From an uncultured virus (IMG/VR IMGVR_UViG_3300027785_000021) (lineage: Duplodnaviria > Heunggongvirae > Uroviricota > Caudoviricetes), in IMG/VR virus record IMGVR_UViG_3300027785_000021, positions 1 through 64,000 of that record: a stretch of 64,000 nt of DNA; one strand, 5' to 3'. Under the pieces are notes generated by a model. It was given only the letters and a program-made list of their open reading frames with translations, made no database searches and was not told the origin of the DNA. The translations under genes were made by a program, and so were the position numbers. Of this stretch, positions 48,646 through 58,518 are shown piece by piece; position 1 is the stretch's first letter; every line of letters starts with the position of its first letter.

Positions 48646-48881
48646 TAGTCTTCTGTTATTAAGGTTAAACCATCATTTTGAGCAATCATGTCTATTGAAA
48701 ACCAAATTTGGTTCATGGTTGCTTCATTTGTCAATGCAGTGTTTAGTATTTCATGTGATTGTGCATCATCGTCACAGTTGTAACGATATTGTATGTCATC
48801 AATATGCCATAAATTGTCAACAAAATATCCTTCTCTGCGAAGGATTTCTTTAGCTTTTGCTATTTGTTTTGCTTGTGTCAT
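48645..48881 (-). CDS. Hypothetical protein
   Basis: 78 aa; GYFVDNLWHIDD. Confidence 0.6.
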   Translation of the reverse strand: MTQAKQIAKAKEILRREGYFVDNLWHIDDIQYRYNCDDDAQSHEILNTALTNEATMNQIWFSIDMIAQNDGLTLITED

Positions 48882-49032
48882 TTTGTTCTAAATATTGAAT
48901 AACATACTTGGCGTAAGATGTAAGCACCTCATGCCCTTGAAACTCAAAGGATTCTTTTTCATCCTTGACACTCTTCTCATAAAGAGATTTAAACTCTTCA
49001 AAGAGTTCATCAGTAAACTCAAACGTACTCAT
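48850..49032 (-). CDS. Hypothetical protein
   Basis: 60 aa; F.FQGHEVLTSYAKYVI.YL. Confidence 0.6.
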   Translation of the reverse strand: MSTFEFTDELFEEFKSLYEKSVKDEKESFEFQGHEVLTSYAKYVIQYLEQNDTSKTNSKS

Positions 49033-49033
49033 C

Positions 49034-49495
49034 TTACTGAAGATGTACAGTTACTGAAATAATAGTTCCCTCCTCATCATAATGAGCATACACAGGATAC
49101 ATTCCATCTCCAAATGCAGTACTAAATGCTAAACCAGCACCCGTGTGACCCATTTTAAATGAAAGCTCACCATGTCCATCTTCTGACAAAGTTGCTTGTG
49201 CACATGCATTGTAGCTAAATCCACTTTTTGGATTAGGTCGCTCTGCAATTTGCCAATCATGCTCTGATATTAGAACATTCATGGTTTTACCATATTCTGG
49301 TAACACCTCTTCATAGTTTGCAAAATCCTTTCCATAAGTTAAGGTTCTACCAGTGTGTTCATTTTTGTAGACTCTAATGTCTTCAAAATCTTCATTCTCC
49401 CATTCAGAATCAATGTAGCATGGATCACAGATCATTAACTGACCTGAATCCACAGCAACATGTCCTATGAGAACTTCTGTTACAGTTTCTGCCAT
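49034..49495 (-). CDS. DUF4241-like protein
   Basis: VAVDSGQLMICDPCY and FSTAFGDGMYPVY motifs. Confidence 0.6.
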   Translation of the reverse strand: MAETVTEVLIGHVAVDSGQLMICDPCYIDSEWENEDFEDIRVYKNEHTGRTLTYGKDFANYEEVLPEYGKTMNVLISEHDWQIAERPNPKSGFSYNACAQATLSEDGHGELSFKMGHTGAGLAFSTAFGDGMYPVYAHYDEEGTIISVTVHLQ

Positions 49496-49625
49496 AGCAT
49501 TTGTTTTTGGTTAATAAAAAAGTTAATTCTAGTCTTTCCCAGTGTCCTCAGATCTATTCCCTGCAGGCAACCTGTAGCACGGTTTTTAGTTACTCTAGTT
49601 TTAGCACCCTCATATGTAGGGTCAA

Positions 49626-49700
49626 GCTGAGAACTCATTCGCGTTGTAGTGCAAGTTAGCACTCCATCAAACTTCTTCCTTTCTCAAGGGAACAACACGT
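49626..49700 (-). ncRNA. Candidate structured RNA: junction plus pseudoknot
   Basis: Minus strand P1 CGUGUUGU/ACAACGCG; P2 UCC/GGA with loop CUUGAGAAA; P3 AGUGC/GCACU; loop UUGAGAA complementary to downstream UUCUCAG; intergenic. Confidence 0.45.
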
Positions 49701-49890
49701 CCAACATTACTGCTGATATTTTATTTATACTCCTCAATGTTTTGGAGTCCAACCTATTCCTGGTAGTCAACAGATATGCTTTTAACCACTTGATTGCTTG
49801 TACTTCAATAACACAATTCTATACAAGTATAAAAAAGTGTATCATGATTGACGTTGAATGACTCTGGTTTGGCTAGCTGATAATCTTTAA

Positions 49891-49974
49891 TTAGTTAAAT
49901 CCTTTTCCACAATGCATCATAGCATTAATTTTCTCTCTTTCTAGCCATGCTAGATACTTAAATAATCTTTTCAT
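49891..49974 (-). CDS. Micro-protein (27 aa)
   Basis: Not in the track: MKRLFKYLAWLEREKINAMMHCGKGFN; starts 3 nt after the upstream stop. Confidence 0.45.
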   Translation of the reverse strand: MKRLFKYLAWLEREKINAMMHCGKGFN

Positions 49975-49977
49975 ATT

Positions 49978-50370
49978 TTATTTATTTTCTTTTTTAACTA
50001 ACTTGAATACTTCATAAGATTCTTCTTCTGCCCATGTGATAATTTCTTCTTCTCTGTCCATATTGTAATCATGTATAAAGAATGACTGATGCATAAGCTC
50101 ATGCATGATTAAACCCATAGCTTCAATATCATCATTACATCTAGCAAGATTAATGAATACAAATCTTTTGTCATTTTGATCATAGTCACCATATTCTTTT
50201 GGTACAAAATTGCTCCATCCTGCTATGTATGCACTATCTTTTGTATTTGCATGAGCTTGACATTCTTTTAAAGATAATCCATGCATTTCAGTTACATTAA
50301 AATAATTAAATACATCACAGGGATTGTAACTCAATAAGAGTATATATCCAGCTCTAAAAATTGTTATCAT
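49978..50370 (-). CDS. Small HExxH zincin-like protein
   Basis: LIMHELMHQ plus downstream EEEIITWAE. Confidence 0.6.
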   Translation of the reverse strand: MITIFRAGYILLLSYNPCDVFNYFNVTEMHGLSLKECQAHANTKDSAYIAGWSNFVPKEYGDYDQNDKRFVFINLARCNDDIEAMGLIMHELMHQSFFIHDYNMDREEEIITWAEEESYEVFKLVKKENK

Positions 50371-50615
50371 TCTTCTGATTTAAAGGTTTCGTTGTAGTAT
50401 TCTTCTGCTGTTATATTTACTCTGTCAAAGAAATCTGCTCCAAATATATCTCCTTGAGTAAATGCTGTCATTATCTGCTCTTTCTCCATTTCTTTGGCTT
50501 GTTCAATTATTTCTTTTCTTTTTGCTTGATATTCATTTTTATTAATAAGTTTCATATCATACTCATTATCCAAATAAAGTAATTCACTTGCCATAAACTC
50601 TACTGCTGTTTTCAT
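50367..50615 (-). CDS. Hypothetical protein
   Basis: MKTAVE...EQAKEMEKEQI..AF...AEEYYNETF. Confidence 0.65.
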   Translation of the reverse strand: MKTAVEFMASELLYLDNEYDMKLINKNEYQAKRKEIIEQAKEMEKEQIMTAFTQGDIFGADFFDRVNITAEEYYNETFKSEE

Positions 50616-50618
50616 ATC

Positions 50619-50945
50619 TTACTTCTTTTTAAATTGTTCAAACCATTCTTTGAGCAGTTTTTTACCATTGTGTTCTAATTCACCTGATAAAAGTTGAAAT
50701 TCTTTAGGTAAATAACTACTTACATCTGATAGACTTTTTGCTATTGTAACTTCTTTAGATAGTATATACTTAGCAAAATTTATCATATCTTCCTCACTAT
50801 ACATTCTTTCAGCCTGCCATTTAGCACCTGCTATAAAATCATTTTTACATCTTTCTGCATGAATTACATTAGATAAATGTATATTATTTACCAGTCTCCA
50901 TTCTTGTAGATATTTTTCAGCAGCTTCTTCTAATTGTGTTTTCAT
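50619..50945 (-). CDS. Hypothetical protein
   Basis: LEEAAE...FIAGAKWQAERMYSEEDM...WFEQFKKK. Confidence 0.65.
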   Translation of the reverse strand: MKTQLEEAAEKYLQEWRLVNNIHLSNVIHAERCKNDFIAGAKWQAERMYSEEDMINFAKYILSKEVTIAKSLSDVSSYLPKEFQLLSGELEHNGKKLLKEWFEQFKKK

Positions 50946-51136
50946 AACTTCTTTTTTTGTTCTAAATAATCAATAATAAATCCAATAGCAACTAGTATAT
51001 TCATACCACAGGATGCTATTATTTCATGAATGTCCTCATATATAGTGGACATCAAATGTACGTGACCTACCATCCAGAATGGTACAGATAAGTTTTGGCT
51101 TATCCATACAATTAAATATTTAAAGAAGTGTTTCAC
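50942..51136 (-). CDS. Small membrane protein
   Basis: WISQNLSVPFWMVGHVHL; hydrophobic; start is GTG. Confidence 0.55.
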   Translation of the reverse strand: MKHFFKYLIVWISQNLSVPFWMVGHVHLMSTIYEDIHEIIASCGMNILVAIGFIIDYLEQKKKL

Positions 51137-51354
51137 AACTTTGTTTTTCTTCTTCTCTGTATTCTTCTGATATATGTAAACATGCTATCAAATACAAAAT
51201 AATTAAAGAATGAAACAAAAACCAGTATTAACCAATTCCATAATCCAGGATAACATAATGACATATACATGACTATACCTGTACTACCAATTATTGCCAA
51301 TAAATGCATAATTACCATATATGATAACATCCAAGTTCTAGTCCCCTTCTTCAT
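51133..51354 (-). CDS. Small two-TM membrane protein
   Basis: Two hydrophobic segments and a basic tail. Confidence 0.55.
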   Translation of the reverse strand: MKKGTRTWMLSYMVIMHLLAIIGSTGIVMYMSLCYPGLWNWLILVFVSFFNYFVFDSMFTYIRRIQRRRKTKL

Positions 51355-51529
51355 TGTTAGTTCTTTTTATGGTTGTTTTATTTTTAAGTCTTGTTTTTCT
51401 TTTAGCAAGTTTGTCAGTTGCTTTTATTCTTTTTCTTTTATTGGTAAATTTCATAACTTTAAATTTAATAAATTTAATAAATAAAATGTAACTCTCAATG
51501 ATTAAACCAAGAGTTACATAATATTTCAA

Positions 51530-53398
51530 TTACAAAGTAACACGTTCCTTGATAAGTTTGTCTATCTTACGTGACATGTATCCTACCATTTCTCTTGGTA
51601 GATTTTTGATATCTGTCATTTTGATAAAGTAATCAAACATTTGAATGGAAGGAACAGACTCCTCAATAGCAATCTGAATCACTTGAAAACCAAGATTTTG
51701 TGCTTTAGTGACTTTTTCACGAGTATCACGTATGGCTTCTGAACCATTGTAGTCATATGCAGAAGGTTGACCATCAGAAAGAACAAATATAATACCTGGA
51801 TTTTCTGTATGTTTTCTGATACGCTTAGCAGTAGCAAGGATTGCATCACCATCACGGTTATTGCTTCTTGCGTCTACTGAACCTAATGCATGTTGTTCTA
51901 CATGATATCCTGGCTCACGATAAATTCTAATTTGAGTTGTTCCACTACCTGATTCATCAGCAGTATGACCATACATAAAAAGTTTAACATCGCGCATACC
52001 TTTAAAGACTTCATTGATAAACACTGCAGCTTCACGTGCTTTCTGTATTTTACTACCACACATAGAACCTGACTCATCAATCAAAACACCTACACAAATA
52101 TCATCAGTCTTTACTTGACCATAACGCTCATATACAGTTGGAACTCTTTGAACTGCTTCTGCAATTTTATTAGTATCCAATCTACCTGAACGCATTGATC
52201 TCATAGAAAATTGATAATTCTTGCTTTTACGTGAAAATAACTTCTGAAGTACAGCAGCTTTAGTTGTATCAATTCTTTTAAGACAATCTTGATAATTCCT
52301 CTTGTTAGAACTTGATTTAATAAAACTAACAGTCCCATCAGTAGTTATGCCTTCATCATCATAGTTGATTTTTGGTTTTGGTGCTGACGATTCACTTGTC
52401 ATATCATCTACAAAATCATTAAATGCTGACATTTCTTCTTCGTCACTTGCATCAGAGTCATCTTCACCAAATGTTGATTTCATCATTTCTTTGGCAAGCT
52501 CATTGATTTCAGACTTATCCATTTCTGGTTTACCTGGATCACTACCAGAACCTGAAGGAGATTTCTTTTCATCCTCACCATCATCATCACCTTCACTATC
52601 ATCTTTACTACTTTTTGGTGGTTCTTCTTCATCCTCAGCATACTTGTATACTATGTTAGCAAGACTAGAAGCCATAGAAGAACAGTCTTCAGATGTTTCA
52701 GGAATACCACCATGCTTTTTGAGTAATCTTTCAATTTGCTTTAATGGTTTAGCAAATTCATCAAGTTCTTCTTCAGTAACATTAGCTGGATACCTTAACA
52801 TTCTTGTGACAAGATCAAGTAATCTTTTCTGAGCTTTTTCCTCTGGATTCATTGGCACATAGTTTTTGTCATACAAATGATCTTTGTATTTCTGAACAAA
52901 CTTTAAGTAGCCAGGTAATCTATTGGCCAACTTCTTGTCCACACGTTCTGTATTCAAGATACTAAACATGTAATCTTTCAAAGAAAACCCTTTTCTATCT
53001 GTACTTCTACAAGTAATAGACTTACCATACTCGCTGGTTGTTTGCATAGACGCAAGCGCAGCATTTTGTATAGCAGCACCATAAAATGCATCTAAGATAT
53101 CAGGATTTGGTTCTTTAAATTTACCATCCTCATCTTTTAGCATGTGTATTGGAACCTGAATGTCAGTGCTTTTTTTAGGCTCAGCTGCCTTATAGTCAAA
53201 TGTTCTAGGAACACCAATAACTCTAAACATAGATCCAATCATCTTTGCAGATGTTTGAAGACTATCATTAGATCTTGTAAAGAAAGAAGAGTAATTACTT
53301 CTTCCACTATCCCAATTGAAGAATCTGTTTCTGTTGTCTTGGTATGTGTAGGCTTCTTCTTTTTTCCTACCAAACCAGTCTTTAGCAAATTTGCTCAT
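51530..53398 (-). CDS. vWA (MIDAS) domain protein, CobT/NorD-like partner of the MoxR ATPase
   Basis: LIDESGSM MIDAS, NRDGDAI, LSDGQP; acidic low-complexity linker; RSGRLD. Confidence 0.85.
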   Translation of the reverse strand: MSKFAKDWFGRKKEEAYTYQDNRNRFFNWDSGRSNYSSFFTRSNDSLQTSAKMIGSMFRVIGVPRTFDYKAAEPKKSTDIQVPIHMLKDEDGKFKEPNPDILDAFYGAAIQNAALASMQTTSEYGKSITCRSTDRKGFSLKDYMFSILNTERVDKKLANRLPGYLKFVQKYKDHLYDKNYVPMNPEEKAQKRLLDLVTRMLRYPANVTEEELDEFAKPLKQIERLLKKHGGIPETSEDCSSMASSLANIVYKYAEDEEEPPKSSKDDSEGDDDGEDEKKSPSGSGSDPGKPEMDKSEINELAKEMMKSTFGEDDSDASDEEEMSAFNDFVDDMTSESSAPKPKINYDDEGITTDGTVSFIKSSSNKRNYQDCLKRIDTTKAAVLQKLFSRKSKNYQFSMRSMRSGRLDTNKIAEAVQRVPTVYERYGQVKTDDICVGVLIDESGSMCGSKIQKAREAAVFINEVFKGMRDVKLFMYGHTADESGSGTTQIRIYREPGYHVEQHALGSVDARSNNRDGDAILATAKRIRKHTENPGIIFVLSDGQPSAYDYNGSEAIRDTREKVTKAQNLGFQVIQIAIEESVPSIQMFDYFIKMTDIKNLPREMVGYMSRKIDKLIKERVTL

Positions 53399-53420
53399 AT
53401 ATTCTAAATTAAATTAATAG

Positions 53421-53452
53421 AAAAGAGAGAAGGACACTGATGTCCCTCTCTC
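53421..53452 (-). terminator. Hairpin/terminator between the AAA and vWA genes
   Basis: Minus strand gagagagggaca-tcag-tgtccttctctc followed by a T-run. Confidence 0.55.
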
Positions 53453-53487
53453 ATTATCTACATCGCTGATCCTACTACAGCATGTCT

Positions 53488-54774
53488 TTAGAACGCAGAT
53501 ACTATGGAAAGTACCTTACTACGCTCAGACACGCCTATACCATCTTCAAAGAGAGGCATAATAGTAGAAAGCAATGCTTTATCTACTTCAAACCCATCAG
53601 ACACCAAACTTGCTGCCTGAAGTGTGTGACGAACTGAAATCGCAGAAGATAATTCCTGCTCTTTGTACTGCTTGCGTATCTCATTAGATACTTTAACGAT
53701 TGCTGTTGCAACTTTCTCTTCAACGCCAGTACGCAACATTAAGATTTTAATCTCATCCTCAAGTTTTGGATAATCAAGCTCAATAGGAAAGAAGCGGTCT
53801 AATAACGCTCTATCTATTGCATGTGTACCAGAATACTCAGAACCAATGTTAGCAGTTGCAAAAAATACTGTTCCATCAGATACAGGAATAGATCTTTCAC
53901 CTTCATCACAAGCGATGTCAATTGGCAAGTAACGTCTTTTATCCAAACATGGAAACAAGATATTATTTGCTGCAAGAGGTGAACGATTTAGCTCATCTAA
54001 AAGAACAATACCACCAGACTTAATGTGTCCAACAAAAGGAGCATAGTCAAATGATGAATGACCTTCTTTGTTGATGCGGTGAACACCTAGCAAAGCTGAC
54101 TGAGCATCTTGAACAGTACCCATGTCTTGAGTAAATAATTCTTTATTCATAGCTTTTGCCAAATGCACAAGAATCTCTGTCTTACCTGAACCTGTTGGTC
54201 CCATAAGCAAAGTATTCTCTCCACGCAATACATTACGCACCATCAAGAACCAGATGTCTGGATCAATGTGGAAACCACAATCCTCACGTTTTGGAACTGG
54301 ATAATGTGTAGCAATGGTACGTTTGATGTTTGTACCTGTTGGAATAGAACCTTCATCAATAGGTTTTACAGCAGTTTTCTCATCCCAGTCATACTTGTAG
54401 CCATAAGCTGCAAATTGTCCAGCAATAGATTTTACATGTTCAACATCATGTGTTCCACTATCTAACATATAGTCAATAGCAAAATCACAAACTTGTTGAA
54501 TCTTTTCTTCTCCTAGTAAAGAGATAGGGAATACAGATTTCTCAAAGAACAATGCTGTTACATGCTCTTTCATAATGTGTAAATGATCATCTTCTGGAAA
54601 ATCATACTCATCTGCAACAAATATAGTTCCTAGTGGGAACTTTGCAAATTCAGCAATAGGACCTGTAATTTTCAAGTCCTCTATACTTCTTGTCAGTTTT
54701 TTCTCAAACGCTTGACCAGGAAGTGTTTTTAATTGGTAACTTGTACCTTCAATAATTGTTTGCAATAGGATCAT
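53488..54774 (-). CDS. MoxR/CbbQ/CobS-like AAA+ ATPase
   Basis: GPTGSGKT, LLDELNR, ATAN.G..Y.G, ALLDRF, SVRH. Confidence 0.88.
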   Translation of the reverse strand: MILLQTIIEGTSYQLKTLPGQAFEKKLTRSIEDLKITGPIAEFAKFPLGTIFVADEYDFPEDDHLHIMKEHVTALFFEKSVFPISLLGEEKIQQVCDFAIDYMLDSGTHDVEHVKSIAGQFAAYGYKYDWDEKTAVKPIDEGSIPTGTNIKRTIATHYPVPKREDCGFHIDPDIWFLMVRNVLRGENTLLMGPTGSGKTEILVHLAKAMNKELFTQDMGTVQDAQSALLGVHRINKEGHSSFDYAPFVGHIKSGGIVLLDELNRSPLAANNILFPCLDKRRYLPIDIACDEGERSIPVSDGTVFFATANIGSEYSGTHAIDRALLDRFFPIELDYPKLEDEIKILMLRTGVEEKVATAIVKVSNEIRKQYKEQELSSAISVRHTLQAASLVSDGFEVDKALLSTIMPLFEDGIGVSERSKVLSIVSAF

Positions 54775-54860
54775 CTTACCTTATTTAAAAAGATTAATAA
54801 AAATTCATAGCAGTACTTAACTGCAACTTGTCAACAAACTCTTTTGAGTTAATACTTTTG

Positions 54861-55376
54861 TCAGAAACTTCCCTTGAAGTCATTTATGTCAAAATCTTTG
54901 GAGTCATTTCCTCCATTTTTCTTTTTGCTATCAACAAAAGCACGCATCTCAGCTATAATAGCTTTCAATGTTTGTTCGTCATTTGCCAATAAAGCAGCCA
55001 TAGCACGTCTTTGAGAATCTACAAAAAACTCTTTGTCATCATCACTAAGTGATTGCAATGCATTTTGAATTAGTTCTTTAATTTCAGGATTATTTAAGTC
55101 CTCTTCGTCATCACAATCTTGTTTTTGCATGTTTTCTTTTTCATAGCTTGCAAGTTGTTCTAAAACTTGATCACGTGCTTCAGAAAGCTTTTCATGAAGA
55201 AGATCAATTATGCCTAGTGCAAGAATAGGAGAACATTTCATCTTTACAACAGCACCTACAGGCGTACCATCTTCGCTAACTTCCATTGCTACTAACATGT
55301 GAGAAAAATAGCTTTTTCCTTTTAAATCTACTTCAAATAACTTATGAAGATCTGCTAAAATTGAGTTTTTGCTCAT
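54861..55376 (-). CDS. Hypothetical protein
   Basis: 171-aa ORF. Confidence 0.65.
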   Translation of the reverse strand: MSKNSILADLHKLFEVDLKGKSYFSHMLVAMEVSEDGTPVGAVVKMKCSPILALGIIDLLHEKLSEARDQVLEQLASYEKENMQKQDCDDEEDLNNPEIKELIQNALQSLSDDDKEFFVDSQRRAMAALLANDEQTLKAIIAEMRAFVDSKKKNGGNDSKDFDINDFKGSF

Positions 55377-55393
55377 ATTTAATATTTTAATAG

Positions 55394-55702
55394 TTATTTT
55401 ACTTCTTGAGCTAACTCTTTCATTGTTTCATCAAATTCTTCAATGAGTTCTACAATTGGCTTTAGCTTAGCCACTATTGAATTAAGTAATCCATAATACT
55501 GTGATTGCTTAAATTGGTCAACATGCTCCTCTGGTACTGAAATCGTAACGATTCCATTACCAAAAGGAGTTTCTACATTCTTGCTAATCATGTTTTTTTC
55601 AAGATTTAATTTCAATCCTGTTAAATACTTATCAAAACGATAGTATATCATGATTATTTCTTCATTTGTCAAGCCTTTAAATGCTTTTGATTGCTCACTC
55701 AT
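55394..55702 (-). CDS. Hypothetical protein
   Basis: 102-aa ORF. Confidence 0.65.
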   Translation of the reverse strand: MSEQSKAFKGLTNEEIIMIYYRFDKYLTGLKLNLEKNMISKNVETPFGNGIVTISVPEEHVDQFKQSQYYGLLNSIVAKLKPIVELIEEFDETMKELAQEVK

Positions 55703-56226
55703 GGTAGTTGAATTTGTGTTTGTAATTCATAAAAATTCTTTGGCAACAACTTGCGTCTGACAAATTCATCAATGACAGTACGTGTTGTTATTCCTAAGTT
55801 ACGCAAAGTTGCTGTTTTAGGCAAATCTAAAAACCAATCAAAGTCTTTTTCACCAATTTTGGCATGTGGAAACAGTGCATTCATAAGCATTGTTTCTGGA
55901 CCAAACAGTTTTTTTGATTTTAGAATATGCAAATACTGCTTTGCTTTCTTGTAATCAGCAACAATTTTGCTGAGTGTACTTGGAGAAAAACTTGCAACTT
56001 GTTCAGGTGTGTATTCTTTAAGACCATACATTAGTCTACGATACATACTACGTTGAATCATGTTAAGGTGTATTTTCTCAATCTCTTCCTGAGTAACTTT
56101 TACTCTATTAGAATGAGTGTTTTTGTTTTGTACAAGTTTGTCATACTTAAGCATTTTTGCTTGACCATTAAGATCGTAAGTAACATATCCTTGTGCTGTG
56201 GCTGTGATGGATGCATATTTTTCCAT
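55699..56226 (-). CDS. Hypothetical protein
   Basis: LN..QR.MYRRLMYGL..YT.E...TLRNLGIT...LLPKNFY. Confidence 0.65.
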   Translation of the reverse strand: MEKYASITATAQGYVTYDLNGQAKMLKYDKLVQNKNTHSNRVKVTQEEIEKIHLNMIQRSMYRRLMYGLKEYTPEQVASFSPSTLSKIVADYKKAKQYLHILKSKKLFGPETMLMNALFPHAKIGEKDFDWFLDLPKTATLRNLGITTRTVIDEFVRRKLLPKNFYELQTQIQLP

Positions 56227-56252
56227 TTTTAAAAAGATTAAAGGGTTAATAA

Positions 56253-56480
56253 TCAACGCTGTGCGTTATTTTTGTCATTGTTTCTAGACCATATAACATA
56301 GTCAAGAGGAATAAAATGTGATAAAAACTTTATCAAAAACATGTTTACTACTGTAAGTGGACTAAAAAGAATATGTATTAAATCAATAGATTCAAATTTG
56401 CCACAATCCTTTGCATAGTTAAATACTACTGTTGTGTTGAACACATACGCCAATAGGATAAAAAGATATAATACTATCAT
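56253..56480 (-). CDS. Small membrane protein
   Basis: Two hydrophobic stretches. Confidence 0.5.
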   Translation of the reverse strand: MIVLYLFILLAYVFNTTVVFNYAKDCGKFESIDLIHILFSPLTVVNMFLIKFLSHFIPLDYVIWSRNNDKNNAQR

Positions 56481-56483
56481 ACT

Positions 56484-56702
56484 TTATGGTAAAGGATTTT
56501 CAAAATCATGCGCTGAACATGGTGGAATTTTCTTGTTGTCTGGCAACTCAGCATCTCTGTTCATTTCTTCACGAAGCTCTTTCTCATAAAGTTCTTGATA
56601 TCTGGCTCTATCTTGCCAGTAAGCGTCATCTAATCCATCATATGGATCTTGTTCCTCTTCTTTTTCACGCAGTTGCATGAATAACTCTTTCATTCTGCCC
56701 AT
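56484..56702 (-). CDS. Hypothetical protein
   Basis: MGRMKELFMQLRE; acidic. Confidence 0.6.
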   Translation of the reverse strand: MGRMKELFMQLREKEEEQDPYDGLDDAYWQDRARYQELYEKELREEMNRDAELPDNKKIPPCSAHDFENPLP

Positions 56703-56703
56703 T

Positions 56704-56940
56704 TTAATAATTTATTGATTGATAATCTTTGATTTTGCTCAGCAACGCTTGATTAAAATTGGTAAAAAAGTTACAATAAGCTGTTGAGGTTCCAACATTT
56801 GCTTTTTCATCTCCTAAATAAGGAACAGATCTACATTTATTACTAATTGGAGTTTCTACGCCATCTTCATTACAATACGTTATTGTAACATTCAAATCAA
56901 ATCCAATTACAGATTCAATGACATCTACGTCAGTTCTCAT
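56704..56940 (-). CDS. Hypothetical protein
   Basis: 78-aa ORF tiling the operon. Confidence 0.55.
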   Translation of the reverse strand: MRTDVDVIESVIGFDLNVTITYCNEDGVETPISNKCRSVPYLGDEKANVGTSTAYCNFFTNFNQALLSKIKDYQSINY

Positions 56941-56944
56941 AATA

Positions 56945-57214
56945 CTACATTTTTAATTTAACAAATCTGTACAATACTATAATACCAGCAATAAAAATAA
57001 ATCCTAATAATGTCCAAAAAAATGGACGCATCATCTTTTGTTCAGATTCTAAATCATGAATAACAGATTCAATCATTCCAATTTGAGATTCTAGCTCATA
57101 CCTACGTTCCTTGTACCACTTTTCAGATGGTTCAGATATATGTAGATCTTCTAGTTCATTCATGTACTTGAGTTTCTTTTCTTCAAGTTTGTTAATTCTT
57201 TTACTTATACTCAT
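56945..57214 (-). CDS. Coiled-coil protein with C-terminal TM anchor
   Basis: MSISKRINKLEE...; FFWTLLGFIFIAGIIVLY. Confidence 0.6.
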   Translation of the reverse strand: MSISKRINKLEEKKLKYMNELEDLHISEPSEKWYKERRYELESQIGMIESVIHDLESEQKMMRPFFWTLLGFIFIAGIIVLYRFVKLKM

Positions 57215-57313
57215 TTGATTAAATTTAATTGTGAATACTATCCATAAAAAAGTGGATGCATACGTCATGTACACACCCACCTTCATGGTCTTTTTACAAC
57301 CACTGCAAAATAT

Positions 57314-57706
57314 CTACTGTTCCTTCTCCTCTTTCTCTTCTTTGAAAAACTTGTGCTCTAACATGCGAGGTAACAAATTAAGATTGTAGTCAATATCAGC
57401 ATATGTAACTGAACCTGTGGCATCAAATCCCATTTTGAACGCATACTTCAAACGCTGAATGTTGCTTTTTACAAATTGAAAAATTTCATCATTCTTTTTG
57501 TACTCTTGGTCTAAAAGATTCAAGTAATGTTCTTCTCCATTTTTTGCACGCACAACAGCTTCTTTCCAATATTCAATTTCATTACTTTGGTTGTCTATTG
57601 TTTCTAATGCTAAATCAAAATCAGCTTTTGTTAAAAGTGTCTCTTTAGACTTTGCATCATTTTTCTTAAGGTTGATACTTCCTTTTTTTGTTTTACTTTC
57701 TCCCAT
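57314..57706 (-). CDS. Hypothetical protein
   Basis: 130-aa ORF. Confidence 0.6.
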   Translation of the reverse strand: MGESKTKKGSINLKKNDAKSKETLLTKADFDLALETIDNQSNEIEYWKEAVVRAKNGEEHYLNLLDQEYKKNDEIFQFVKSNIQRLKYAFKMGFDATGSVTYADIDYNLNLLPRMLEHKFFKEEKEEKEQ

Positions 57707-57830
57707 GATCTTATTGGTTTTGATCCATTAAAAATACCTTTTAGGACAACATTGTCCTCTCTTAATCCATCTGTGCACATTGCACACACAATTGCTGTAT
57801 CTGATATACATCGTTTGCAAATACTCTCCA

Positions 57831-58109
57831 TCATTCTGATTCTTTTCCTAATTTAATCCAATCTGCATCACCTAATATCCATACATCTTCAATGTATCCT
57901 TGTGGATTAAGAACATATATAGTTGAAGGGAATTCAAGAACTATGTGATTATCAAGACGTTTTGTAATTTCACAAATTGTCTCTTTTTCATAGTTGAGTA
58001 CGCAATTTACGAATTTTTTCTCAGATCTTGTCAAGTGTTTTGAATAGGTCTTTTGTGCATCAGCACTGGTCACACCTAACAGGACCAAAATAATCATTAT
58101 TATTTTCAT
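57831..58109 (-). CDS. Putative exported protein
   Basis: Signal peptide MKIIMIILVLLGVTSADA-Q (Gln at +1, typical of Bacteroidota). Confidence 0.55.
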   Translation of the reverse strand: MKIIMIILVLLGVTSADAQKTYSKHLTRSEKKFVNCVLNYEKETICEITKRLDNHIVLEFPSTIYVLNPQGYIEDVWILGDADWIKLGKESE

Positions 58110-58360
58110 ATTTTTTCTTTTCTAATGTACGTAATATGAAACATGTCTTTTGTCAAAAAACCATCAACAATACTTCCATGTTTTAATAAATTCTGTGGTA
58201 TTTCGCTGAGGTTTGATATCTTATGAGTTGTAGAAGTTATTCTACTTCCCACATCAATGTTATCTTCTGCTATGTTATACATGCTTTTAATAACAATCCA
58301 ATCACCAAGATAATCTTTTTGTAAAAGATTGGACATAGGAATCATACCACTTTTCTTCAT
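58106..58360 (-). CDS. Hypothetical protein
   Basis: ORF overlapping the next start (ATGA). Confidence 0.5.
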   Translation of the reverse strand: MKKSGMIPMSNLLQKDYLGDWIVIKSMYNIAEDNIDVGSRITSTTHKISNLSEIPQNLLKHGSIVDGFLTKDMFHITYIRKEKI

Positions 58361-58518
58361 GCAGTTTAAATTAACCACAACAGAGAAACTCCTTGGTAAA
58401 CCAAAGAGTAACTCCATTATAGCAGAGATTGAGCTACTTTAGCTCAGGACATATCATAAAAAATGGAGCCTTGTGGTTATCCAAGCTCCAGCCAACCTTT
58501 TTAGTAGGATTTTTAAAG

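Noticed and set aside
49525..49600. Cobalamin riboswitch (AGGGAA...CACUGGGAA on the minus strand), tempting given nrdJ
   Set aside because: Only short fragments match; the conserved core stems and spacing are missing and no B12-related gene follows
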